64,000 nucleotides of DNA from an uncultured candidatus Porisulfidus sp. (GTDB taxonomy: Bacteria; Pseudomonadota; Gammaproteobacteria; Poriferisulfidales; Oxydemutatoraceae): assembly GCA_965215125.1 (NCBI GenBank), contig OZ244052.1, positions 768,001 through 832,000 of the forward strand. Direction: 5' to 3'. The translations under genes were made by a program, and so were the position numbers. Shown one piece after another: positions 44,738-54,157 of the stretch; the stretch's first letter is position 1, and the number at the start of each line of letters is the position of its first letter. The notes beneath the pieces were generated by a model that worked only from the letters and a program-made list of their open reading frames with translations, made no database searches and was not told the origin of the DNA.

Positions 44738-45486
44738 GTCATCTAAGATTATTCTTACGATTCATTCTAGTCGGCTTGCACGTTTTGATAGCGGCAGTGA
44801 TTGCGCCTTTATGCTTTATGTCGTGCAAACACGGCAAGCTAAAACCCTTTCAAAAAGGGTTAATACAATGGGAGATGCGCTTTTGCTTGAAACTGCTAGG
44901 TGTCAAAATACATCGGATGGGGCAAGCTACGGAAAAAGTACAATTGATAGTATCCAATCACATCTCTTGGATCGATATACTGGTTATCGGTAGCACGGTA
45001 TCATCGTGTTTTTTATCCAAAGCCGAAGTACGAGAATGGCTGATTATCGGGAAACTCACGATACGCTACGGTACTATTTTCATTACCCGAGGACAAGATA
45101 GCCACTTGGTCCGAGAAGAAATCACACGGAGACTCGCCGATGATATCAACGTGGTTTTATTTCCCGAAGGTACGACCTCGGACGGCACATCGGTACGCCC
45201 TTTTTTTCCGCGACTGATGGCTACCGCCATAGACACCGACACATCGATACAACCTGTTTCTCTACGCTACTTTAACGACAACCGAATTAGCGATATCGCA
45301 CCGTTCACAAGCGACCGCTCTTTGTTGAGCCACGCAATTCAATTATTAAAACAAAAGTCCACCGATGCCGTCATTTGCTTCGGAACACCCATTACACCAC
45401 GAGGAAAAGACCGTAGTAGCCTCGCCAAACAAGCACACGCTACGGTATTAAACGGAGTTATAAAAACATCACCACCGCTACCGTAA
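44734..45486 (+). CDS. Lysophospholipid acyltransferase (PlsC/OlsA-like)
   Basis: NHISWID, FLSKAEV, FPEGTT. Confidence 0.9.
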   Translation: MSHLRLFLRFILVGLHVLIAAVIAPLCFMSCKHGKLKPFQKGLIQWEMRFCLKLLGVKIHRMGQATEKVQLIVSNHISWIDILVIGSTVSSCFLSKAEVREWLIIGKLTIRYGTIFITRGQDSHLVREEITRRLADDINVVLFPEGTTSDGTSVRPFFPRLMATAIDTDTSIQPVSLRYFNDNRISDIAPFTSDRSLLSHAIQLLKQKSTDAVICFGTPITPRGKDRSSLAKQAHATVLNGVIKTSPPLP

Positions 45487-45567
45487 CAAACCTATAATCG
45501 CTAACGAAGTAACACTCGGATTCGCATTATGGCGGATTGCATTATGTGCTATAGTGATTGACCTAAT

Positions 45568-45644
45568 CGGAGTGTAGCTCAGCTTGGTAGAGCACTGCCT
45601 TCGGGAGGCAGGGGTCGGAGGTTCAAATCCTTTCACTCCGACCA
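45568..45644 (+). tRNA. tRNA-Pro(CGG)
   Basis: Cloverleaf; anticodon arm CTGCC-TTCGGGA-GGCAG; GTTCAAATC T loop; CCA end. Confidence 0.97.
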
Positions 45645-45650
45645 TTGGAA

Positions 45651-45934
45651 AATAGAACCGCCACTTGCTCCAGTTGAGCAAGTGGCGTTACAGTTGTGCA
45701 GAATCTTTGCATAAGAATGTAGGTCGGATAAACTAAGGTTTATCCTCATAGGTGGTCGTGTCATACAATTACGGTATGAGTGTATTCCTCTCCTCCGGAG
45801 GGGTAGTTGTCTTATGTCTGCACAAAGTCACGCCGATTGACCTACCGGTTTAATCGGCGGTTCTATTGCGCCTGCCACCCCTCCGAAGGAGGGGAATGGT
45901 GCACTCCTATACATGTCGGTTAATCGGCGGTTCT
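45651..45934. repeat. Composite MITE-like/REP-like cluster after tRNA-Pro
   Basis: IRs AATAGAACCGCC (45651-45662) / GGCGGTTCTATT (45856-45867); REP-like units near 45784 and 45867-45898; extra TAATCGGCGGTTCT at 45921. Confidence 0.75.
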
Positions 45935-45947
45935 CTCTCAAGAAAAT

Positions 45948-45980
45948 ACCGTTAGTCGGTTATTAGCAACCATTCGTCGG
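45948..45980 (+). promoter_or_regulatory. Tandem AlgR/LytTR-like boxes upstream of radC
   Basis: ACCGTTAGTC (45948) and ACCATTCGTC (45969), 21 bp apart; each is one mismatch from ACCGTTCGTC. Confidence 0.6.
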
Positions 45981-46037
45981 TATTCCGAAACTCGGCTACT
46001 GAAATGCGGCAAAGTAGCATATTTTACGGAGATACGA

Positions 46038-46709
46038 ATGACTATTAAACACTGGCCGAACAAGGAAAGACCGCGCGAGAAACTACTCGCACATGGACCG
46101 GAAAATTTATCCGATGCAGAATTGCTTGCAATCTTATTAAATTCGGGAACATCCGGAATGTCGGCACTTGACCTTGCCCGTCAATTATTAAAAACTTTCG
46201 GAAGCCTGCGAGCGGTAACAGAAGCGGACAAAAAAGATTTATGTCTCAACAAAGGCGTGGGCGATGTTTGTTATACGCGCCTGCAGGCTGCGTTAGAAAT
46301 TACCAGAAGGACACTGATGGAGTCTATGAAGAAAAAAGATATGGTTGCCAGTCCCGAGCGAGCGCGTAAATACTTAACCTTAAAGATGCGCAATTATCCC
46401 TACGAAGTTTTTGCCTGCTTATTTCTCGACAATCAGCATCGCGTCATCGCTTTTGAGGAACTATTTCGCGGCACTATAGACGGTGCGAGCGTGCATCCTA
46501 GAGAAGTTGTCAAGCGTACTCTACACTATAACGCGGCGGCGATCATCTTGGTTCATAACCATCCTTCGGGATCCAGCGAACCTTCCCATGCCGACCGTCA
46601 TATCACCGAAGAACTAAAAAATGCGTTGGCATTGATTGATGTACGGATACTCGATCACTTCGTGGTCGGTGAGAAAATAACGTCGTTCACCGAATCCAAT
46701 TTACTTTAA
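46038..46709 (+). CDS. radC: RadC/JAB-domain protein
   Basis: ERPREKL, LSDAELLAILL, VHPREV, HNHPSG..PS.AD, LDH. Confidence 0.96.
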   Translation: MTIKHWPNKERPREKLLAHGPENLSDAELLAILLNSGTSGMSALDLARQLLKTFGSLRAVTEADKKDLCLNKGVGDVCYTRLQAALEITRRTLMESMKKKDMVASPERARKYLTLKMRNYPYEVFACLFLDNQHRVIAFEELFRGTIDGASVHPREVVKRTLHYNAAAIILVHNHPSGSSEPSHADRHITEELKNALALIDVRILDHFVVGEKITSFTESNLL

Positions 46710-46823
46710 GAATACACCACACGCATGCTTCATCTATCTATCTTAAGCAGATTACACAAAATGAGGTGCCTCTATATTATAATAAGCGTTTATATCTCTT
46801 TTGATATCACAAACATTAAAACT

Positions 46824-47300
46824 ATGAGAAAAACACCGATAACTAAATTGGGGGCAGAAAGGCTTAGAGAAGAATTAAAGCACCTCAAAACCGTAGAGCG
46901 GCAAAAAATAATCGCAGCGATTTCAACGGCGCGTGAACACGGAGACCTTAAAGAAAACGCCGAATATCACGCAGCACGCGAACGCCAAGGCTTTATAGAA
47001 GGACGCATTAAAGACATAGAATTCTATCTTTCCGAAAGCGAAATTATCGATATCACACAACTGAAGCATAATAACAAGATAGTATTCGGAGCAACGGTTA
47101 AACTATACGACACCGATGCCGAAGCAGAGTGCGCATATCAAATCGTAGGAGAAATAGAAGCGGATATTAAGCAAAACAAAATATCCATTACCTCGCCTTT
47201 AGCACGTGCAATAATCGGTAAGTCGGAGGGTGATAGTATTGTCGTTGAAACACCGGGCGGTGAAAAAACATACAAAGTTCTGGCATTAAACTACGTCTAG
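46824..47300 (+). CDS. greA: Transcription elongation factor GreA
   Basis: [27 protein letters not shown]; start placed at MRKTP. Confidence 0.97.
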   Translation: MRKTPITKLGAERLREELKHLKTVERQKIIAAISTAREHGDLKENAEYHAARERQGFIEGRIKDIEFYLSESEIIDITQLKHNNKIVFGATVKLYDTDAEAECAYQIVGEIEADIKQNKISITSPLARAIIGKSEGDSIVVETPGGEKTYKVLALNYV

Positions 47301-47493
47301 ACTTAGGCGAAACCAATCGGCTGTGAGATTAGTTGTCCCGTAACAATTCTACTTGCTTTAGTCTCTAATAATACACTTTATCCTTTTTTTTATACCACTC
47401 GGCACTTAGCCCGAAGCATATAGCTTCTATAGCCTCAAAATATGGCATGTTGTCTCTAGAGCTGATTTTTTGCATATCACAAAACCATTAACA

Positions 47494-48186
47494 ATGATGA
47501 AAATCTTTAGTAAATCTACATTCTCCAAACATTGCCCGGTTTGTTTATCTGCTGCCGAGCGGGCAGGCTTGTGTAGAAACTGTTTATTGAGTCTAATTCA
47601 ACCGAGGCATAGTTGTCGTATTTGTCTTGTGCCACTTGAACGGCAAGCAGGCAATATCTGTATTTCTTGTGCAGCAGGTGTGCCTTTTGATCAAGTTATT
47701 TCACTAGCCCGTTATACTCCTCCACTAAGCGATTTGATTTGCAGATTGAAATATCACAATCACATCCATTTAGCCAAAGTTCTCGGCACATTGCTTGCAA
47801 ATCATATAAAAAAGCACCAACGAACACTGCCCGAATTACTAATTGCCGTACCGTTACACAAACAACGCATACAACAACGAGGGTTTAATCAAGCCGTAGA
47901 AATTGCGCGCACGGTATCTGCCCAACTAAACTTAAAAACAGACTATCGGTGCATTGAAAAGTCTAAAAAAACTCCTCTGCAAACCACACTCAATTCACAT
48001 CAACGCCGAAATAATCTAAAAGGTGCTTTCCATCTACGACACTCGGTATGTACGGAATCTGTTGCATTACTCGACGATGTGATGACCACCGGCGCAACCG
48101 TATCGGAAATCGCGTCGTTATTAAAAAAAGAAGGGGTGCGTCGTGTTGAGGTATGGGTTCTAGCAAGAACTTCTCCTTCGTTTTAA
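47494..48186 (+). CDS. comF: ComF family protein
   Basis: Cys-rich N-terminus, VPLH..R...RGFNQ, LLDDVMTTGAT. Confidence 0.9.
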   Translation: MMKIFSKSTFSKHCPVCLSAAERAGLCRNCLLSLIQPRHSCRICLVPLERQAGNICISCAAGVPFDQVISLARYTPPLSDLICRLKYHNHIHLAKVLGTLLANHIKKHQRTLPELLIAVPLHKQRIQQRGFNQAVEIARTVSAQLNLKTDYRCIEKSKKTPLQTTLNSHQRRNNLKGAFHLRHSVCTESVALLDDVMTTGATVSEIASLLKKEGVRRVEVWVLARTSPSF

Positions 48187-49040
48187 CCAAATAAATCTAT
48201 AAAAAGTCCGACAAAGACAGCCATACCGAAATAATTATTATTGTTGAATGCTCGCAAACACAGTTCCGGAGATCTGTTTCTAAGAAGATGTTGCTGATAC
48301 GCAGAAAAAATCATTGCCACGACCAAACCGCCATAATAAAAATCCCCCAAAGCCTTCAGATAGCCTGCAATGAATAAAAACACAAGTGTCGACAACTGAA
48401 ATACGGCAATGAGTGAACGATCGTACTTGTCGAACAGCAAAGCAGAAGATTTTACGCCTATCGCTTTATCGTCGTGACGATCAGCCATTGCATACATCGT
48501 ATCGTAGGCAACCGACCAACAAATACCGGCTGCATATAATAACCAACCTTCCAAAGAGGGTAATGTATTGGTTTGGGCGGTATATGCCATGGGTATCGTC
48601 CAACCAAAGGCTAGACCTAGATGCACCTGAGGCAAAGAATGTATACGCTTCATAAATGGATAAGATATCGCTAAAAGCAGTGCAACCACGGCCATATATA
48701 CGGTTAGTCTGTTAGTTTGTAGTACCAATAAAAAAGCTAAAACCAATAACACGATAGATAAAACAATTGCTTCCGCCGGTGAAACGCGGCCCGAGGCAAT
48801 AGGGCGATTTTTAGTTCTAGCAACTAGAGGATCTATTTTGCGATCGACATAGTCGTTAATCACACAACCAGCCGAGCGCATCAATACCACGCCGATAATG
48901 AAAATCAATAATATCCGTTGTTCGGGGACACCGCCGACAGCAAACCACAAAGCCCATAACGTCGGCCACAACAACAAGTAAATACCGATTGGGCGGGAAA
49001 AACGCATCAGCGTCAAATAATTTTTAATGCGCTCACCCAT
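48183..49040 (-). CDS. ubiA: 4-hydroxybenzoate polyprenyltransferase
   Basis: RPIG..LL.WP, RSAGCVIND..D..ID....RT..RP, YDTMYAM.D..DD. Confidence 0.96.
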   Translation of the reverse strand: MGERIKNYLTLMRFSRPIGIYLLLWPTLWALWFAVGGVPEQRILLIFIIGVVLMRSAGCVINDYVDRKIDPLVARTKNRPIASGRVSPAEAIVLSIVLLVLAFLLVLQTNRLTVYMAVVALLLAISYPFMKRIHSLPQVHLGLAFGWTIPMAYTAQTNTLPSLEGWLLYAAGICWSVAYDTMYAMADRHDDKAIGVKSSALLFDKYDRSLIAVFQLSTLVFLFIAGYLKALGDFYYGGLVVAMIFSAYQQHLLRNRSPELCLRAFNNNNYFGMAVFVGLFIDLFG

Positions 49041-49115
49041 TATGGAAGTACCATTTCTTACAGTAATACAAACAGCATCGGTGTTAAAAATGTATTAAAT
49101 GTTTATACAGCCGGG

Positions 49116-49324
49116 GGCTGTTGAAAAAATGCAGGCATCGCAAAAAGCCAATCGCTGTGCGCCACATAATTACCCAAACCACTTACGCCATTTGGTTTTG
49201 GTTCCCATAAATTGAATGAATGTATAAATCGTGCCGGCGCAACGCGTTACGGGCGGACATGTCGTAGGGGCGGACTTACATGTCCGCCCGTCCCTACGAT
49301 GCATGGAATACTTTTTCAACAACC
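49116..49324. repeat. MITE-like element carrying a GTAG-type REP palindrome
   Basis: IRs GGCTGTTGAAAAA / TTTTTCAACAACC (12/13); internal GGGCGGACATGTCGTAGGGGCGGACTTACATGTCCGCCCGTCCCTACGA. Confidence 0.65.
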
Positions 49325-49343
49325 TTACTACTTTTGTATAAAG

Positions 49344-51563
49344 TTATTTATCCGCTTTCTTGGTCGCCTTTCGTTGCGCCCTTCTTTCAGCCAAAAATCT
49401 AGCTCTTTTTTCTGCTTTTATGCGGGCTTGTAATTGTGCTTGCTCTACCGAATCCATGGCTTGGTAAAGTTTTTGCAAAATGCTTTCTATCCTCTCTTTA
49501 GTTTGCTCACTGCCTGGAAGGTTTCTGGCTTCTTCCAGTATGGCAATCGCCTCTCTCGGGTTATCTCTACGAATCTCCGAGATCGCTTTAGTAAGCATTA
49601 CCGAAGCCGAGCGTGCGCGTGATGTAGACCATGCTCCGACCAGCGAGTCAAATTCATCGGTTTTACCCAGTTCTAGATAAACACCCGACAATGCGTTCAA
49701 TACCTGACGCCGGTATGGATAATCTTTACGTATCTCTTCAAATAGAGGAAGTGCTTTTTCGTACTCTTGATTTCTGTAATAATAATTACCGATATAATAC
49801 ATAGTCCTTTTTCTTATCGGGAATTCTTTATATGATTCTTGGGCGGCCTCAAACGAAGTTTTATAATTACCGGCACTATAATTCGATACCGCCTTAAAGT
49901 ACAAATTATCGGACTTGTACCAAATAATTTGGATGGCTAACATAGCAACAGTTGCCGCAGTCATTGCGGTGGTTCCGGCTATTTTCAAAACAGGAGACGA
50001 CAAAGCCCAACGGTAAAATATACGCTCGCTTGAATCAGATGCCTGCCAAACAGCACCGGTGAGTATGCCGACATAGAGCATAGCAATCGCTATAGTGATA
50101 GGTTGCTGTAATGGGAAACTGACAAACGCGTTCGCTGCAATACCTAAAATAGCCACAACGACGGTCATTACCATCACTTGATCTTCCTTCCGAAGGTCGC
50201 TTTTAAGTGAAAACACACGAACTATGCCGATAAGTGTTGCAAATACTACCCATAACATCAACAATAGTCCAACTAGTCCCAGTTCGCATACAAACTCTAC
50301 ATAATCGTTATGCGCATTGATATGAAAGAGTGTCTCACCCCTCAATGCAGGATCAACTGCGTAAGACTCTTGATATTTCGGATAATAAACCATCCAATTA
50401 CCGATACCTACGCCTAGCAACCAATAATCCTTGAACATATTGTAGGAATTTCTCCACATGATAAGACGCTGCTTCTTAGTTCCTTCGTAACTTTCCTTGG
50501 CAGATTCGATTAATTTAGAGGCAGACTCTGCCTGTACTGCACCTCCGCGCGGGTTTGTGGATGAGTCAATCCCTCCGGTGTTTTTTTCTAAAACCGGAAC
50601 AGTAGAAACAAAAAATTGCGGCGTAGTATTAACCAATGCGACTGTTGCCACAATAAATCCCACTAAAGCTAATATTTTAGGAAGTCCCCAGTTGTATTTA
50701 TGAACCAAGCCGTACTTAAAATAAACCAGCAGTGGAACTAATATAGCCATTTCAACTATCCAAGAAAACCACGAACCGCGTGTACGACCGTAGAATAAAG
50801 CAGCCAGTGCGAAAGCGGAACCTAGAGCATAAAACCATGATGCCGTAGGCTTACGACTGTTTATGAAAAGCCCCACACCTAGTACCCAAGTTAGAATTAA
50901 AAACTCTCCATTCATATTTTTATTGCCGAATGTGGCTGCAGGTGAGGCATGCTGGGCAACCCAGTCTATAGAAAACAGGTACTGTCCGACACCCAACAAA
51001 GCGATGAGCACCAAACTACAAAACAGGCAAAATATCATCGGGAATATGGAACGTCTGTCGCGTAAACACATCAATGCCAGAGAGAAAATAACAAATCCTG
51101 CCCCCCAATCCAATACCTTAACTATTGCTTCGTAAAAGTTATGCGCCCAAAATAAAGATAAAATCATCCACAAATAAAAAGCCGCGACGGGATATAACAG
51201 CAACGGAACATGTGGAATCAAGATACCGTCACTTTTATTCTTATACACCAAAAACAGATAAACAGACAAAAATGCCAAAGCACCCACTTGCAACATTGAT
51301 GCCATATAAAGGTCAGGGTTATAGCCGTATGAAGTCTGACCCAAAGGTGCAACGATGGCAACTAAAGAAATAAAGATAGAAAGTGCCCACACATAGGACT
51401 GAGGTATTTCCGATATTACTTCTAATTGTTTATGTCCCGAGATTGAATTCTCAGGCACACCGCCTGCCGACAAACCCACCTTTTTATCGATAGATTTCTG
51501 GTTTGAGGGTTTTGACGAAGCCTTAGCGGTAACGGTTGCTTTTTTCTTTTTTCTAGTAGCCAT
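49344..51563 (-). CDS. O-antigen ligase (Wzy_C) family membrane protein with a C-terminal TPR region
   Basis: Many TM helices, ATFGNKN, TRGSW, R..MW, GVGIGNW, AHNDYVEFVCELGLVG, SFPLQ. Confidence 0.85.
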   Translation of the reverse strand: MATRKKKKATVTAKASSKPSNQKSIDKKVGLSAGGVPENSISGHKQLEVISEIPQSYVWALSIFISLVAIVAPLGQTSYGYNPDLYMASMLQVGALAFLSVYLFLVYKNKSDGILIPHVPLLLYPVAAFYLWMILSLFWAHNFYEAIVKVLDWGAGFVIFSLALMCLRDRRSIFPMIFCLFCSLVLIALLGVGQYLFSIDWVAQHASPAATFGNKNMNGEFLILTWVLGVGLFINSRKPTASWFYALGSAFALAALFYGRTRGSWFSWIVEMAILVPLLVYFKYGLVHKYNWGLPKILALVGFIVATVALVNTTPQFFVSTVPVLEKNTGGIDSSTNPRGGAVQAESASKLIESAKESYEGTKKQRLIMWRNSYNMFKDYWLLGVGIGNWMVYYPKYQESYAVDPALRGETLFHINAHNDYVEFVCELGLVGLLLMLWVVFATLIGIVRVFSLKSDLRKEDQVMVMTVVVAILGIAANAFVSFPLQQPITIAIAMLYVGILTGAVWQASDSSERIFYRWALSSPVLKIAGTTAMTAATVAMLAIQIIWYKSDNLYFKAVSNYSAGNYKTSFEAAQESYKEFPIRKRTMYYIGNYYYRNQEYEKALPLFEEIRKDYPYRRQVLNALSGVYLELGKTDEFDSLVGAWSTSRARSASVMLTKAISEIRRDNPREAIAILEEARNLPGSEQTKERIESILQKLYQAMDSVEQAQLQARIKAEKRARFLAERRAQRKATKKADK

Positions 51564-51711
51564 TTGATTATATTCAAAAAGTAAAAATTGAATACCTATA
51601 ATAACACGATATGGTGGGGTATGAGGATAAATAACGCAATAGTAGTCGCAGAGTTAGGGGAGGGAAACTATGACGCAGACCCTATATATTTATAAAAATT
51701 TATCGCCCCGC

Positions 51712-51798
51712 TGGTGCCGAGGAGAGGACTTGAACCTCCACAGGGTTTCCCCTACTGGCACCTGAAGCCAGCGCGTCTACCGATTCCGCCACCTCGGC
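51712..51798 (-). tRNA. tRNA-Leu(CAG)
   Basis: 87 nt; anticodon arm CTGGC-TTCAGGT-GCCAG; long variable arm; CCA end. Confidence 0.97.
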
Positions 51799-51824
51799 GA
51801 AAAACCGTTGCAAAGTTTAACACA

Positions 51825-52736
51825 CTATTCTTTGGGTACTTGTGCTTGCTTCAGCACTTCGTCTGCAAAACCTCCTACTACATTTATATCTATAGGATCG
51901 GGCATACCTTTCTCTATCGATGCAAATACGTTTACCCGGCTTTGCAAATCACTGAGATAGCTTTCGGATTGGACTCTTCCCTGAGATAATATTTGCTCTT
52001 GTATATTGATCAGTTCACTCCCGAGATTTAACCCATCTTGAACCCATGCTCTGATTGCATGGTCCTGTTCCGGATATTTCTCCAGTGCCTCGGTATAAGC
52101 TTCGCTACCAGTACCGTATTGGTTAAAATTTTGCGTGCTGTCGAGGAATTTCGACTGCGAGATAGTATTTGCCATCTGCGCAATCTGTGTTGACTGCTTT
52201 TTCAAGGTTTCTAAAGACTCGGCAGGCATTTTTTTTATTTCTGCATCGTTTAAACCCTCAAAAGATACATTATTAGCAAGATTATGAATTGCGGTCGTAC
52301 CTCTGCGTATAGCTTTATCACCCAAATTAAAAAATGAAGCGACCTCGCTACTACTTTTTGAGTCGGCTAATCCTGCTACAGCATTCTCTTTAGCGGCTAT
52401 TATCCCGGTTGCGCATGCCGTTAATAACATATTTGCTTTCCCCTCAAGGACAACACCCGCATGAGCAGCAGCATTGCCGGACGACGATATTCGTTGATGA
52501 CTACCCTGTGAACGCCTCCCGAAACATGACCTCAATACACTAAATAAACCGCTGCGTTCACTTTTTGTTGGTGAACGCGCCGCTCTACTGCGTATATTTG
52601 TTCTCGGAATATTCGGGCTCAAGCGAGCTCTCATCCCATCGTCGGCTAGAACAGCTCTATTAGAGTGACCATCGTCGGCGGGAACTTGCCCAACGTTAGC
52701 ATTTTGTCGGGGTTGATTAGTTGGATTTACTAGCAT
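51825..52736 (-). CDS. Orphan protein (303 aa) with effector-like architecture
   Basis: Strong SD AAGGAGGG; S/R/N/P-rich N-terminal ~90 aa, then a probably helical domain. Confidence 0.7.
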   Translation of the reverse strand: MLVNPTNQPRQNANVGQVPADDGHSNRAVLADDGMRARLSPNIPRTNIRSRAARSPTKSERSGLFSVLRSCFGRRSQGSHQRISSSGNAAAHAGVVLEGKANMLLTACATGIIAAKENAVAGLADSKSSSEVASFFNLGDKAIRRGTTAIHNLANNVSFEGLNDAEIKKMPAESLETLKKQSTQIAQMANTISQSKFLDSTQNFNQYGTGSEAYTEALEKYPEQDHAIRAWVQDGLNLGSELINIQEQILSQGRVQSESYLSDLQSRVNVFASIEKGMPDPIDINVVGGFADEVLKQAQVPKE

Positions 52737-52926
52737 AACAATACCCTCCTTTATCTTTATCGTTACTACTATAGCTTAGTATAACATATTTTAACGATTG
52801 AGGCTGTCCCTTGCGCAACATGCTAGTACACAATCGATTCAGTTTATGGAAACGACTGGTAGGAGCGGATTATACGCTGCTGTTGCGTTATAATGAGTTC
52901 GTCATTTTTACTTTCAGATGGTCTTG

Positions 52927-53100
52927 ATGGAATATAAAAAATATATGTGTGTGGTGTGCGGCTGGGTCTACGATGAGGAATATGGCGTGCCGGAGGACGG
53001 CATAGAACCCGGAACGCGTTGGGATGACATTCCGTTGAATTGGACTTGCCCGGAATGCGGCGCGCGTAAATCCGACTTTGAGATGGTTGAATTGGGTTAG
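52927..53100 (+). CDS. Rubredoxin
   Basis: CVVCGWVYD...W.CPECG. Confidence 0.95.
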   Translation: MEYKKYMCVVCGWVYDEEYGVPEDGIEPGTRWDDIPLNWTCPECGARKSDFEMVELG

Positions 53101-53103
53101 CCG

Positions 53104-54042
53104 ATGTCTATCTTGGTTTGCGGTTCCGTTGCCTTTGATAACATCATGGTCTTTAACGACCGCTTTAGAAATCATATTTTAGCCGATCAGTTGCATATCT
53201 TAAATGTTTCTTTTTTAGTGCCCGACATGCAACAACAATACGGCGGTTGCGCAGGAAATATTGCGTATAACTTGTCTTTGCTCAACTGCGAATCTTATGT
53301 GATGGCAACCGTCGGCAAAGACTTCGGTGATTACGGTAAATGGATGGATCGTTGCGGTATAAACCAAGACCACGTGAAAATTATTCCAGGCAGCTATACC
53401 TCGCGAGCCTTTATCATTACCGATATGGACGACAATCAGATTACTGCATTTCATCCGGGAGCGATGGAGCAGTGTCACATGAACCAAGTGCCTGCCGGTG
53501 AAGGCATTATTTTAGGAATTATTTCGCCCGACGGACGCGAAGGTATGCTCCAACATGCACAACAATTTAAGGATGCAGGTATTCCGTTTATTTTTGACCC
53601 CGGTCAAGGAACACCGATGTTTACGACAGAAGAACTGGATCATTTTATAGACCAAGCCGATTGGTTGGCGTGCAACGATTACGAGGCGCAGATGATTTGT
53701 GAACGCACCAATAACTCAATGGAACAGATTACCGAGCGAGTGCGAGCCTTCGTTGTCACCCAAGGCGATAAAGGTTCTATGATTTATACAAAAGAGAAGG
53801 TTCATACAATTCCCGTTATACGCGCCGAAAAACCGAAAGATCCGACAGGCTGTGGAGATGCTTATAGGGCAGGATTACTCTACGGCTTATCCAAAAATCT
53901 TGATTGGGAAATAACCGGGCGTATCGCATCGCTGCTAGGAGCTTATAAGGTTGAATGTTCGGGCGGACAACAACATTCTTTTTCCAAAGCAGAGTTTAGA
54001 CAACGTTATGCGGAAGTCTATGGCGGTAATATCGTTGTATGA
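53104..54042 (+). CDS. PfkB family carbohydrate kinase (adenosine-kinase-like)
   Basis: GSVAFD, GGCAGNIAY, FDPGQ, DPTGCGDAYRAG. Confidence 0.9.
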   Translation: MSILVCGSVAFDNIMVFNDRFRNHILADQLHILNVSFLVPDMQQQYGGCAGNIAYNLSLLNCESYVMATVGKDFGDYGKWMDRCGINQDHVKIIPGSYTSRAFIITDMDDNQITAFHPGAMEQCHMNQVPAGEGIILGIISPDGREGMLQHAQQFKDAGIPFIFDPGQGTPMFTTEELDHFIDQADWLACNDYEAQMICERTNNSMEQITERVRAFVVTQGDKGSMIYTKEKVHTIPVIRAEKPKDPTGCGDAYRAGLLYGLSKNLDWEITGRIASLLGAYKVECSGGQQHSFSKAEFRQRYAEVYGGNIVV

Positions 54043-54157
54043 AATTGATGTCGCCTTAAAAGATTAACCCAAACCTTAACTGCCCTAAAACAAGAGCAGT
54101 ATATAGTATGATAGGAGCTGAACGGTTAAAATTTACTAAACGGAGGGATTACAAACC

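Noticed and set aside
31479-45934. Dispersed repeats as a CRISPR array
   Set aside because: No regular repeat-spacer period and no cas genes
49344-51798. Integrative island at tRNA-Leu (likewise at tRNA-Pro)
   Set aside because: No integrase and no duplicated tRNA 3' end seen in the window
52851-52860. AlgR-like half site upstream of the effector-like gene
   Set aside because: Three mismatches and no partner box at 21 bp
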